From Salpingoeca rosetta (taxonomy: Eukaryota; Protista; Choanoflagellata): a stretch of DNA of 64,000 nucleotides. The translations under genes and the position numbers were made by a program. The notes below the pieces were generated by a model that searched no databases, had not been told where the DNA came from, and worked only from the letters and a program-made list of their open reading frames with translations. The DNA is taken from contig JAWQFM010000015.1 in assembly GCA_033442325.1 (NCBI GenBank), positions 875,254 to 939,253 of the forward strand, given 5' to 3'. Positions 51,401-64,000 of the stretch are shown one piece after another; the first letter of the stretch is position 1; the number at the start of each line of letters is the position of its first letter.

Positions 51401-54400
51401 CACAACAGCGACAAGAAAGATACAGGAAAAGAGCGACAACGCACCGACTCTTCGTTGCGTCGCACGTCACCGCCGTTGACAGCGGTGTCGAATGTATCAA
51501 ATGCAGACTGGCTCGGGAAGATAAACTCTGTTGCCGCCTCGTGGATGACCACGTTGTGTTCCAACACTTCGCGGTCGCCAAAACCAATGGTGATGACCTG
51601 TGATTGGTCGGCAATGTGTGACAGGGATTGGTGAGGAAGTGAACAGATACAAGAGTTAAATGGGAGGCAAGGAGAAACGGAGGCAAAGAGACTCGGAGGC
51701 AAGGAGGTAAGTGAGTGTCCACGAAGGTAGGCAAGCACACAACACAAACACACTCATGTACACACACACATACACGCACACACACACACACACACACCGG
51801 TGGAAGGGTGTCCACGACGGCTGCTGTGCGTGTGGTGGGCGGCGCCTCGTTGTCGTTCGAGTCGGATGCAGACAGCGTGTACACCACCTCGTACATGCCC
51901 AGCGTGTTCACGTCCACGTCGCTGGCATCGTACTCCAGCAGGTCGATGCCGAGTGTTCCGTCCACGCGGTCCACGATGGAAACGCCGGCCGTGAAGTTGC
52001 TGCGCATCACCTCCTCCCCGGCCTCCAGCTGCAGCACTGCAGGGTCAAATGTGATGGCGGGCCCGGTCGTGTCCACGACTTCCACGGTGATGTCGCGTGT
52101 TGCCGTGTTCATGTTCGCATCCGTCGCCGTGTACGTCAGCATCTGGTCAGACCCCACAGTGCCTGTGTGTGTGTGTATTGTGTGTGTGTGTGTGTGTGTG
52201 TTTGTGTGCGTGTGTTGTGTGTGTGTGTGTGTGTGAGGTAAGATCCGTGTGAGAACAACATGCAACAAGATGCAGTGCAAACCAAGATGCGAGTGATCAA
52301 CCGGACCCAGAAGGGCACCACATCTGTTCATGGCATTCACGCACTCACTCGTGTCAATGTCGTCGATGTTGGGTGGTGGTGTCTTTGTCACGGTGCCAGC
52401 CGCCGTGTCTGTCGCCGTAAAGATCGGGGGATCAAAGGCAAACGTGGCCTCGACGACATATGTGTCTTGAATCTCCTCGTTGTTGTCTGGTCGCCGCAGC
52501 ACGATGGTGGGCTTTGCAATGTCTGCAGTGAAATACATGGCGGCTGGGTGAGAAGAAAGCGAACGGCGTGCTTGCATGCAAGCGAAGGTGTCACCATACA
52601 AGCGGTTGGTATCTTCACACGCCATCAGCACCTTTGCATGTGCGGTCGCTTGTTGGTGTGCAATCCTGGTCAATAACGTATCCAGGTTCGCACTCATTGC
52701 ATGCCATGCAGCTGCTTTGTCCTTCGTCCGATTGAAACGTGTCGTCGGCACACGCCTCGCATTCCGTGAGCCTGTGGCCGGTATCGGCACGGAACTTGCC
52801 TGCAGGCAATGCACAAGATGAAGCATGAGTTAGCGTGAGTGGCATGCAAAGGGAAGAAGCAAGCAAGCAAAGGGTGCAACAGAGACGTGAACACAGTGGC
52901 AAAGAGACACGAGAAGCACAGGTGCATCCCACCTGCTTCGCATAGTTCACACGTGCGGTCCTCCGTCGTGGTTCCAGTGACGAACGTGCTGTATGTGATG
53001 CAGTCTGTCGTGCACATAGTTGACACGGGACAGCCAAAGCACGTGAGAGAAGTTGTCAGTGTGCGTGTGTATGTGATTGTACTTGCAGAACCATGGTTGC
53101 ATGGGCTGAGATGCAGTGCCACCATCACCCCCACGCTCGCCAACAGCACAGTGCACGAAGACAACGCAAACGCACTGCGCATACATTTTTGGCCAGAGCT
53201 GCCCTGGTATTTGCCTGCACCACATGCCTTGCACTCTGTTTGCTGGCGCTTATTTTGGTGCTGGCCAGGATCTCACGGCTTGCAGTCCATCTGGTTCGTG
53301 CCATCCTGGTAGTGCCCATGGTCGCACACTGCACACAAGCGTCGTTGCTGGCTGTCGGTTCGATGGTCACCTCATACCCGGCCCACACGTGGACCACGAG
53401 GTACACGAGGTGTCCTGGTGCGAAGACTTGGACTGGTAGTGGCCTGCACAATAGGAATGTGTGGTGACAGTGTGGGAATGAAAAGACGTTGAGCGTGCGT
53501 GTGTGCGTGTGAGTTAGTGAGGAGGGATGGAGTGAGTGGGTGAGTGAGTGAGTGGGTGAGTGAGTGAGTGAGTGAGTGAGTGAGTTGAAGTGCTTGTGCA
53601 AAGAACAGCGTGCTTCACCAACAAATACAACAACAGCACAACCCAACATCATGCATGGCACAAGCGCGCGCACACTATATGATCACGGTGTCCCATGTTC
53701 ACCCCTGTTGCTGTCTTCGACTCACGTGGACTGCACGGCGAGCACGTCGCATCCTCTGTTGATGATCCCGATGTCCACTTCTCGCCCTGGCTGCACATTT
53801 TCCAGTCCTTGCAGTCTGGAGTGACATACAAGAGAAAGTGGAAGAAGAGGAGGAATGAGGCGAGGAGGACATGAGGGAAGCGCACGACAAGGCGAGCAAC
53901 ACAAGACATGAGCGACGCGCTGCATCGGCATTGAGTTAGTTCAGCTCACCTGTTTGGCCAGAGACATCTTGGTATTTGCCAGGGCCACAGCTCTTGCAGT
54001 TGTCTGCGTTTGTGGTGTCGCCGTATGTGCCGGCATCACACTTGTCGCAAGTCCTGTCGGATGAGGAGGTGGGGTCGGCGGTCACATAGTAGCCGCTGCT
54101 GCACGTGGTCCAGGCGTTACACGACATGTCCTGGTGGGCGGTCTTGGATTGGTACTCCTCTGAAGAGTGAGGGGAACAGTGTCGGCGAGAAGAGGGGGGG
54201 GGGGAAGGGATAAGGTGGCGTGTGAGGGGGAAGATGATACTGCACCACCACACAACGCTGCAGCCATAACCATTCTGTTCTCATCATTGCAGTTGCAGGG
54301 GTTGCCGCTTACGTGATCCGCATGGCAAGCACGATGCGTCCTCTGTCGCCGATCCAGATATCCACTTCTCGCCCTGTCCACAAGTCGTCCAGACCTCGCA

Positions 54401-56314
54401 GCCTACATGACAAGTTGTGAGTTTGGGTAGTGACACAGTGTGAGGAAAGCAGACACAACCATGTGAGTAAGAAGGGAATGGTGCTGGTTCCGCTTGCTCA
54501 CAGCGAGAGCCGAGAGGACGAGATGCAAGCAGTCGAGTGCTATGTGCACATGAAACACACGCACACACGCACACACGCACACACGCACACAATGATGGCA
54601 CTCACTTGAGGCGCCGCTGCCAGGTTGGAACTCCCCAGTGGGGCAGTCCTTGCACGACGTGTCCTGGTGGCCGATCTCGTCTTGGTACTTGCCTAGTAGG
54701 AGGGGTGCGATCCAAGAAGATAGGGCGGAGGTTGAGGAATGAGAAGAGGTGGACATCAAACACACGAATGTCAGGAGGGAACGTGGAAGGACGAGCACAC
54801 ACACACACACACACACCTGGCCCGCAGTTTGAGCATGTTGCGTCATCGGTGGTCGAGCCGGCTGTCCACTTCTTTCCCCGGCCACAGGTGCGCCAGTTCT
54901 TGCACCCTGGAAATGCACGGGAAGACGTGGGGAGATGTGAGTGGGTTGGTGGGTGTCAGCATACAAACGAAGATCACCTCACACACAAAATCAGACACAT
55001 CTGTCACGGCGCATCCACAGCGGTTGAAGCTCACCTGTTTGAGCGTGACGGTCTTGGTACTTCCCGCTGTCGCATGTCTTGCATTGCTCTGCCATGGTCG
55101 TATCGCTGTACATGCCCTCCACGCAATGGAAGCAGATTCGATTCGTGGTAGCGGTTGGATCAGCCATGATGTACTCGCCAGGCATGCAGACGGTCGGGTC
55201 TTTGCATTCTGCAAGGCGGCGTGAATGGTGAAGGGGTGAGCACAGTCGGAGGGAAAAGACAAGCGGACAGAGACAACACATGCCCCACACTACACACAGA
55301 TCAAGGACGCTACACGCACGCACGCACCTGATTGCCCTTCGGCGTTCTGGTACTTGCCACCGGGACAGTCGTTGCAGGTTGGCTGGTTGGGCGCCCCTGT
55401 GTATTTGCCTGGTTCGCACAGGCCACACTCCCGGTCCTGTTTCGTGTTGGGCTCCTGCGTCACGTACTTCCCAGCTTCGCACGTGGAGGGGTCGTAGCAT
55501 TGCGTGTCGCGGTGACCAGTCTTGTCCTGATACTTGCCTGATGATGGCGCGACGATGTGTGAGCAGATGATGAAAGCAGTGCATTCTTCACTGCATGCAG
55601 TACAAGGAGGTGCTGCGGTGATGCACACTGCATGACTCACCCAATGGGCAGGGTGGACATGTGGCGTCCTCCGTGTTCGATGGCTTGAACCACCGTTCGC
55701 CCTTGTCGCACCGAATGGTCTCACTGCATGCTTCATTGCCTGCGGAGGACTTGTAGAATTGAAACCCGCACTCAACGCAATCGTCACCCGTGTAGCCATA
55801 CCCTGCAAAGCCACATACACAGCATTGCAAGTGAGCCGCTACACCCTCACTGACACCAAACTGCACTCACTCACGCAGCACCCACACCCAAATCTGTCCG
55901 CAACCATGCTGGCACGAGTCGCAGCCCCGAAATGCAGTCATACCTGCGGCGCACATGCACGAGCCGAGCTGGCACACTTCGCTTCCGTCTTGTGCACAGT
56001 CTTGTCCTCCTCCTCCGTTGTTGCACGTCTTGCCCACGGCGCCTGCACACCAGCAAGGTGTCACATGTGTGCAAGCTCGATGTGAGATGCAATGGTGGAA
56101 CGGTAGAATGGTGGTGTCTTGGTGTTTAGTGGTGTCCCCAATCCACAACAGCAGCAGCAAGGCATCCACTCGTCCACCAAGCTTTCCTCCTCTCCACAAC
56201 ACCACACAACCACACTGTACAACAACACCAACACCCACCTGCGCACTGAAGTCCCGCGAGCGCATGGATGCACAGGGCGATCGCCAGCACCGCCAAGGTC
56301 CTCATCCGCAGCAT
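47919..56314 (-). pseudogene. Type I receptor-like gene (signal peptide, EGF-like module, TNFR/GCC2-like Cys-rich repeats, HYR-like/DUF5011 Ig-like repeats, TM, Tyr-motif tail) with apparent disabling lesions
   Basis: Signal peptide MRTLAVLAIALCIHALAG. Repeats of the type CxxCxxGKYQ...CxxWxTC, and VxDTTPPxIxxxG...YxxTDxxGN. TM AVAGAVVGVLLVLGCVASIVW followed by RRRKR. Frameshifts near 53378 and 53340, in-frame TGA at 53273-53275 and in-frame TAG at 50020-50022. Confidence 0.7.
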
Positions 56315-56446
56315 CCTTGTCCTTTTCCTGCCCCTTTTCCTTTTTCCTGTTATTTGCTGCGGACAGCAGGACACTTTCCCCACTTGGGCTGACATGTATT
56401 TGGCCTATTGTCAGCATATTCCGCACCGTTGTGCTACAACAAGGCC

Positions 56447-58148
56447 ATGGCGCCAACGACCGCCAAGATGATCGAGTGCGTTGAGTGCAACAAGCACAAC
56501 AAGCAGCAATACAAGGACGACGCTGCTGCTGCTGTTGTCCCATGCCCTTGCTTTGCAGAGGAACGTGTGACACGTGAGGATGTGCCCTCAAGCGCGTGGG
56601 CTCTTGGTACCACAGTTCCCGGTGGCAGCGTTGCCTTCTGGCCTTCCGCTGCTATCGTTCGATTCCATTGTCCGCAGTGTGCGGCAGGTGTCGTTGTGTG
56701 CCCTGTCTGCCACACACCGTCATGGAAGCAACAACAGAAGCAACTGAAGCAGCAGCAGAAAGAACAGCTACAGCCGTCCTTGAACACGTGTAGCGCATGC
56801 GGCATGCTTCTCCTTCCTGGTGCGTGTGAAGCTTGAAAGGAGGGGGGGGGAAATGCAAGCACTCAGGGTTGTGCTCCTCATGTCACCTCATATTGCGCTA
56901 TGCCTTGCTGTGCTGCTGCTTGCCTTTTGCTGCCTTCAATGTCGCTTTCATTGCTCACCCTGTCACGCATCACTGTGTATGCACGCATCACTGACCGTTT
57001 GCTTGGGCAGACTGGGTTGAGCGGAAGCTTGGGCTGACGGGCGCGCATGTTCATTGCGAGGAGGACGCGTTTGTGCTGCAGAGACGCTGGTTTGGATCTG
57101 CATATCTGAAGCAGAAGCGCCAAGAGCTCCGCCGCCTCTTTGCCCTGGCACAGCAAGCAAAGCAACAGCAAGCAAAGCAACAGCAGGACGCAGCAACGAG
57201 CGAGCCCCAAACCAAGCGCGCAAAGCGCAGTGGTGGCGACATTCAGCACGATGCGCAACACCAACACAGCGCGCGCGATGCAGAGCGTCGCATGGTTGCT
57301 GTACGCTGGGCCATGCACCGCGGGGAAGAACAGCTGCAGGAACCAGAGGGCGGTGCCTTGAGCACGACAGATGCACTGGTAGTCGCCGTTGTCAATTTGG
57401 AGGGAGCAGGTGTGCTGGCGTCATCCCGGCACCGGGCGCTGGTTGAGCGGGTGCTGCACCACGCCGCATGTGGTCGCGGCCTGCAGCAGCTGCGGGCACG
57501 CATCCACCGGCTCGTTGCCGCTGCAAAAGCGGCCAAGAATCACGGCTGTCCGCTCGCAGCGCACGTGCTCTCGTCTCGTGCGCGCGTGTTTGCACACATA
57601 TTGGAAGCGGCAGCGTGCAACGCGTCTGTGAACGACACGACTGCAACCACCACCTCATCATCATCCTCGTCGATGCTGTCATCCTCCTCATCATCAGCAG
57701 CATCACCAGCACGCGTTGCACACGCCAAGAAGAAGAAGAAGACATCAGCGAAGGGCGTCAACGCAACTGATCGCCACGACCACAGCCACAGCAACGCCGT
57801 TCACGCGCAAGCATCACACGTCACACAGGGCAGCAATCTTCAACACCAGCACAAACAAGAACAAGGTGATGGTGGTGGTTGTGACAATGGCCGTGATTGT
57901 GATGATGGTGATGGTGAAGGTGAGTCAGCGTCGCAGGCGCCGCACTTGAACGGGTCATCATCGTCACCTGTGCAGTCGCGGTCGCTGCCGTGCTCGCAGC
58001 GCGTGGCCGCCATGCTGTCGTCTCCGCCACCAAAGTTCCCCGTCATCACAGGTCACGCGGCAGCGGCGGCAGACGCACACGTGTATGGCGTGCACACCAC
58101 GGCTGTTCCACTCGTGCCCGCCCTCAAGACACACGCAACAACAACAGC

Positions 58149-58179
<31 letters not shown>

Positions 58180-59178
58180 GCAGCGACAACAGCGGCAATG
58201 GTGACAGCAGCTGGGGCCACAGAAGCCACTGCACCAGCCATTATGGCCACAGCTACAGGCGGAACGATGATGACACTGCAGCCTGGCCAACAGCCCGTCC
58301 AACAGCAGGCGCACCACGCTCCATCGTCATCATCCTCCTCCTCCTCATCCACCTCCTTGCCATCATCATCGTCTTCGCTGTCGGTGTCGATTGCAACGCC
58401 GGCAACACAGGCGCTGCTTGGTGACGTGGTGGCGTGGGCTGGATCGCTGGCACACGCGTGCATGACTGCAGTGGCGCAGGCGGAGGGCAACGCAGCAAAT
58501 GCATCATGGCTCCTCTCAGCATCAGCATCATCATCATCGTCAACGTCGTCATCATCATCATCAGGTGGACAGCACGGCGGTGGAGATTCGACCATCACGG
58601 TGGGCGGCACGAGTGCAAACAGCAGTCGCAACAGCAATTGCAATGGCACTGGGACACGTGGTGGCCGCGACGCAGACAAATCGCACCCCGTGCGAATGGA
58701 TGATAGCCGTGATGATGACGATGACAACGAGCATGATGATGAGAATAATGATTGTGATGATGATGATGATGATGATGAGAATGATGATGATTGTGATGAT
58801 GATGGTGACAACGCGAACGGTGGCGGTGAGAGCTCGGACCTTGCCATGCCGTCCAACATGGGTGTACATGACGACGACGACGACGAGGGCGAGGGTGATG
58901 ATCGTGGCGTGCCTGCAAGCACGACCGCACACGGCCATTCTGCTGTGAACGGCAGCACGAACGGCAGTGTCAAGACACCCACTGCGTGCAACGGCGCCCC
59001 CATGTCAACTGTGGACGCGCTGGTGTCACAGCGATCACGCCACGGCGTTGAACGATTGGGAGAGCGGTTATCGTTTCTTCGCTCAACGCAGCAGCAGCGG
59101 CTGGCGTATGTGAACGCGCTGGCCGTTGCACGCTGGCTTTGGACGGCGACACACATGCAGTCAGGACAGCCGCACTAG
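56447..59178 (+). CDS. Uncharacterised protein with N-terminal CxxC motifs and Ser/Thr/Asp low-complexity regions, 2 exons
   Basis: Exon 1 MAPTTAKMIECVEC...CPQC...CPVC...CSAC. Intron at about 56820-57010 (GT...CAG), then a 701-codon ORF ending in TAG at 59178. Confidence 0.6.
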
Positions 59179-59758
59179 CTGTGTGCATGTGCATGTGTGC
59201 GTGCGTGGGGGGGGGGGTTTCCTTTTGTGGAGTGAGCGGGCGCCCTGCGCACGTGTGCGATGTGCAACACACGCCTTTGACTTTTTTTGTTTCGGTCGTT
59301 GGTTTTGATTTATACGTTCGCTCACGCTTGGTCATCAGCATGATGTAAAAAGAAGAAGAAAGAAGAAAGAAGAAGAACAACATGGTGGGAGCAGCCAACC
59401 CAGCGACGTGGCGTTGTAGTTTGGGGGGAGGGGGGAACGGAAGGGGGAACATGAACTGGCACAGCAACCAACCACAGCCAGCCGTTGAAAATTCAAGGAA
59501 AAGAAAACGCACACACACACACACTCACACAGAGACACAACACACACACACAATTGCACGCGCTCAAAGCGTTGTCACACGTTCACAATATCAGCACGGG
59601 ACGTCTGCCTAAAATCCCCAATTCTCCACACGGGTGACCCAACACCAGGCCGTAAGCGATCCCACTCGACACATCAACCCATTCGCCCACTACAAACACC
59701 ATCAACACTGACACCACACAACACGAGCACCAACCTCGACACATCCCATCCCGTGCCA

Positions 59759-60798
59759 TCACCTGAGCTTCTCGAGTTCTTCAAACAGCTCCTCCAGGCC
59801 GGCGCCGAGCGGCCACTGCGTCTCAATTGCCGCGCCGTTGTAGAACAGCTTGCGCGCAAGGATGATGCGCTGCTCGTCGTGGATGCCAAAGCCGTGCTCA
59901 AGCAGCGCGCTGATGAAGCACAGGTCCGTGCACAGGTAGGGGGCGTCTTCGCTGCTGACGTTGGGGAAGGTGGACCGGAGTTCCGACGTGGACATGCCGC
60001 ACACGCGCTCGGCAACGTCCTTGTAGTGCTGGATGGACAGCGAGCCCTGCTCAGCATCGGGGCCCAAGATGCCTGTTTGGGAAGGGAGGGGTGAATGAAT
60101 GAGTGAGAATGAGTGGGTGAGGGAGTGAGTGAAAGGGGGATGGGGGTGAGAAGGGCAAAACGAAAGGAGGAAGAAGGGCCATGAAACAACACAACACCAC
60201 AACACAACACTAATAAAGACACGCACACACACAACAACATACACACAACACAGCACAACACACACACACACACACACCACACAACACCACACACACGACA
60301 CGACACGACACGACACGACACAACACAACGCAAATACAGATACACACACGCTTTCTGCAGCGCCACTCACCAACGTCCTGTGCGCGATCAAAGTAGTACG
60401 ACATGGCAAAGATGGGCTGGTGTTTTGAAATTGGCGGCTGCTGCGGCGCGCGGACAAATGATCCGTTTGGATCCGCAATGACGTGGCGCGCCCGCTGCAT
60501 GCAGTCGCCGGCTGACACGGAGGTGGCACCGGTCACGCGGTATTTGCGGTCGTTGTACGTGTACACGAGCGTCTCGTCGTGGGGGATGCACGGCGACCTG
60601 GCGCGGACAAGGCGTAATGAGACGTGCGTGTGTGCGTTGGGGGGGAGGGAGGGGCAGAGGTGAGGAGGGTGAAACGGATGGTATGAACGGCGCAGCGGCT
60701 TGTGAGGAGAAGGTGGTACACACACACGCACACACACACACACACGACACACACACATGCACACACACACCACACACCACACCCACACACCACACACC

Positions 60799-60868
<70 letters not shown>

Positions 60869-62485
60869 CACATTCACACAACCCAAACACCTGCAAAACA
60901 ACAGCCCCACGAAACGAAACGCACTGGATGGTTGATGTGCCCGTGACGTGCGTGTCGCCTTCCTTGAACTCAAACCCGAACATCTGTCCGCGTCCCGCCA
61001 TGAGGCCGTAGCCGAGATGCGAGTACAGGAACATGTGGTGCTCCGCCCCCATTGTCGTGGACTTGCGCAGCTCGGGCGAGGCCTCGGGCGACGCAAGCGC
61101 AATCTGCAGCCATGACGATAAAAGGAGGTGAGGAAGAGGTGAGGAGGGTAAGAGGTAGGGGAGGTAGAATGGGACAAGGGTTTTGTGTGGTGACGTTTAG
61201 TAGGCATACACACACAGAGGCAAAGACAGACATAGACAGACACACACACACACACAGACAGACAGACAGACAGACAGAGACAGACAGACAGACACACACA
61301 CACACACACACACACACAAGCACACAACCAAGCACAAATGCACAAAACAACCAACGCCCACCTGTGTTGATCCGCCGCCGAGGTCGAGGACGACGCACGT
61401 GTGCTGGGCATCGAGCGCAATGCTCTCCAGCAGGTAGTTGACTGTCACCCACGCGAACATGCCCTCGTCCAGGCCGCTCATAATCTCCACCGCGTCCTCC
61501 GGGTCGTACAGGAATGGATATGACTGCAGCAGCGTCTCCACCTCCATCAGTAGCGCCTTGGACTGTTCCGGGCGCAGGAGGCGCAGGCCCGCCGTTGCCT
61601 TGAGGTTGATGGGCGTGATGGCGCGTGCCTGCTCGGGGACAGTGGACATGGCGAGCTCCAGCAGCGGCACCAGCGACTGCGCGCCCGCACGCGGGTCGTC
61701 TGCGAAACTGCTCAGGCCCGGCTTGAGGGCGTGGAAGACCTCGGACTTGAGGACCATGTGTCCGGAGCTGGGGTCGTTTGACTCGAAATGGAACACGTGG
61801 ATGCGCGATCCTGGATTGGAGACGAGAGCAAGAAGGGTGGAGGAGGGAGAAAGAGGTGCGGGTGAGGTTGTTTGTTTGTTTGTTGAAGAGCAAGCAAGCA
61901 ACTACTTGAAAAGATCCACTCACATGACGTTCCAGTGCAGGCATGTACGCACGCACGAGCAAGCAATACACATTTGTACATACGTACAAACAGACACAGA
62001 CACAGACACACTCACACGCACATGCACGAGCAAGCAATACACGTTTGTACATACGCACAAACAGACACAGACACACACGCACATGCACGCACGCAGACCA
62101 CTGACCTGTGCTGCCGGCGTCCATCATGATGCCGTAGTAGTCCGAGGGGGCGGTGAAGCGCGACTCTTCAAGAAGATACACCAGCAGCACAATCAGCACA
62201 ATCGCGCCGAGAATGCGCAGCGGGAAGATCGACTGCAGGCGTTTATGACGGAGGTGTGGGTTGCAAGAGGGGTGTGAGGAAAGGATGAAGGGGCGGGCGT
62301 AGATTGGGTGCATGCACGGAAAGCGGTTTGGTTCCACGTGAAGCATGGGTGGATGGAAGAAAAACAAAGACAGACCGAAAAGCCTTCAGTGCAAGTGCAA
62401 CCGCAGACACCCCCGACACACACACACACACACGCACCTTTGAAGAGCCGGCGATGTTGTACTTTTGAAACTTGGAGGGCGGCAT
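59759..62485 (-). CDS. GDA1/CD39-family nucleoside diphosphatase (ENTPD5/6-like), N-terminal TM anchor, multi-exon
   Basis: Apyrase conserved regions YYGIMMDAGSTGSRIHVF, LKATAGLRLL, IMSGLDEGMFAWVTVNYL, VLDLGGGSTQ, YSHLGYGLMAGR, SYYFDRA, YLCTDLCFI and ETQWPLGAG. An alternative upstream ATG lies at 62713. Confidence 0.92.
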
Positions 62486-63376
62486 GGTGTCGGTGTCTGT
62501 GGATGCGCGGGGAACAGCAGAAGTTGCGGTTGCAGTCGCAGAAATCCTGCGCCTGGGGCTTGTGATGGCCGTTGTTGTGGACTGTGCTGGAGCAGATGCC
62601 GTGGCGGAGCGCTTTGCGTTGCTCTTGATAGGGGCAACGTGGGAATGGGCTTGGGCGAGGTCGACGTCAGGGCTCTGGCACTGAGACGTGGACACGATGC
62701 GGGATGCCTTCATACAAAGCGATGGCACCACAAGCAGCAACAAGGACAAGAAGGAGAGGCAGCAGGAGGACGAGCAGCCCGCGGTGACGCGGTCGTGGCT
62801 GTGGCTGACGACAAGCGGCGATGGAGGTTGAACACACTGACGAACTGCGCCAACATGCACACATGTACAGAAGCAAAGCAACGATCAAGTGATGTGTGAG
62901 TTGAGGACGACGCAGCAAGCAAGGAGCAGGGAAACAAAAAAGCACAGCGAAACCCAGCAGAAGGAAGAAGATGTGATCATGGGTGTGATCACACAAACAC
63001 ACACACACACACACTCACACACACACTCACACGTACATACGGGGTGACATGCTCAACACCGCATTCAAATCATGTCATCTCACACATCAACCAACACCTG
63101 CACGAACCGCTCTGCTTGGTTGCTTCTTGAATGAACAACCACGCCACACCCGCCTTTCCCCTCACACACGCGTTCGGTTGTGGACTGCGGATAATTGTTG
63201 ATGACACCAGCAAAAGTTCCAAACTTCGCCTGCCGCCAACGACAAGAAAAAACGGAAACTGCTTGCGCTTCACATCTCAACGCACATCGCTTCCGCTTGC
63301 ATCCTTGTCTGTCACCCAGAACCCACTCTCCTCCTCTCCCCCTCTCCCCCACTCCCACTCGCGTGTCCGGAACACC

Positions 63377-63819
63377 ATGAGCGAGCATGCGTGGTTGGTG
63401 GGGCGACTGGATGAGGTGCTGGAAAAACTGTTGAGGCTGCAGAAGCTGTCGCTTGAGACCTATGATGCGAACACGCTGTATCCAACCGTGTCTGCTGCGC
63501 TGGAGGAGTCGCACGCCTTCTACGATGAGCTGGATGAACTGTCTGAGGAGGCATTCGACCAGCTGGTCGCGGACGCTCCTGGGTTTGAGGACAAGCTGAA
63601 CAAGCTCGATACCGCGCATGCGGAGCTTGACGGCCTTGCAGCGCGGTTGGAAGGCGAGACACAAGACACGAGCGCTGTGGACAACGCGTCCGATCAGCAG
63701 CAACAACCACAACAGCAGCAGCAACAACAGCAACAACAACAACAACAACAACCACATCAGCCTGCCGTGCCCCGCATCATCGAGCCAAGCTCCTCCGAAT
63801 GGGAGTCGGACACAGAAGT

Positions 63820-63867
<48 letters not shown>

Positions 63868-63878
63868 TCATCATCATC

Positions 63879-63966
<88 letters not shown>

Positions 63967-63970
63967 CTAA
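63377..63970 (+). CDS. Hypothetical acidic helical protein with polyQ tracts
   Basis: ORF MSEHAWLVGRLDEVLEKLL...AARLEGETQD followed by (CAA)n polyQ. The true 3' end is uncertain because of the repeat and the window edge. Confidence 0.5.
63821..63966. repeat. (CAA)n trinucleotide tract interrupted by (CAT)4
   Basis: Direct reading. Confidence 0.97.
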
Positions 63971-64000
63971 GACGAGAACATGCACACCAACAACAACAAC

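Noticed and set aside
53273-53275. TGA at a Cys position read as selenocysteine
   Set aside because: It is a structural disulfide position in an exon that also has frameshifts, and I recognise no SECIS. A nonsense mutation is simpler.

Overview
Eukaryotic, intron-rich, GC-rich DNA whose introns are packed with (TG)n/(CA)n microsatellites. This style and the gene content suggest a choanoflagellate, probably Salpingoeca rosetta (inference, not a database result). About 14 spliced or single-exon genes can be assembled by eye: the 3' part of an OFCC1/ojoplano-like membrane protein; DRC1 and DRC8/EFCAB2 head-to-head; V-ATPase V0 subunit a; a three-domain Gal-3-O-sulfotransferase; an atypical SDR; a NEK11-like kinase; PSMD13/Rpn9; a histidine phosphatase; an intronless LRR protein; a disabled Cys-rich/HYR-like receptor; a Cys-motif orphan; an ENTPD5/6-like apyrase; and a polyQ orphan. 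Most short ORFs in the supplied track are microsatellite artefacts. The best leads are: (1) a 203-bp element duplicated in two introns of the V-ATPase gene that folds like a box H/ACA snoRNA, with a pocket complementary to LSU rRNA; (2) two nexin-dynein regulatory complex genes sharing a 392-bp divergent region with an RFX-like motif; (3) a kinase-less receptor with a Tyr-motif tail, carrying frameshifts and premature stops; (4) two random-looking intronic inserts that are probably filled assembly gaps. Gene names come from recalled motifs, and exon boundaries were read manually.
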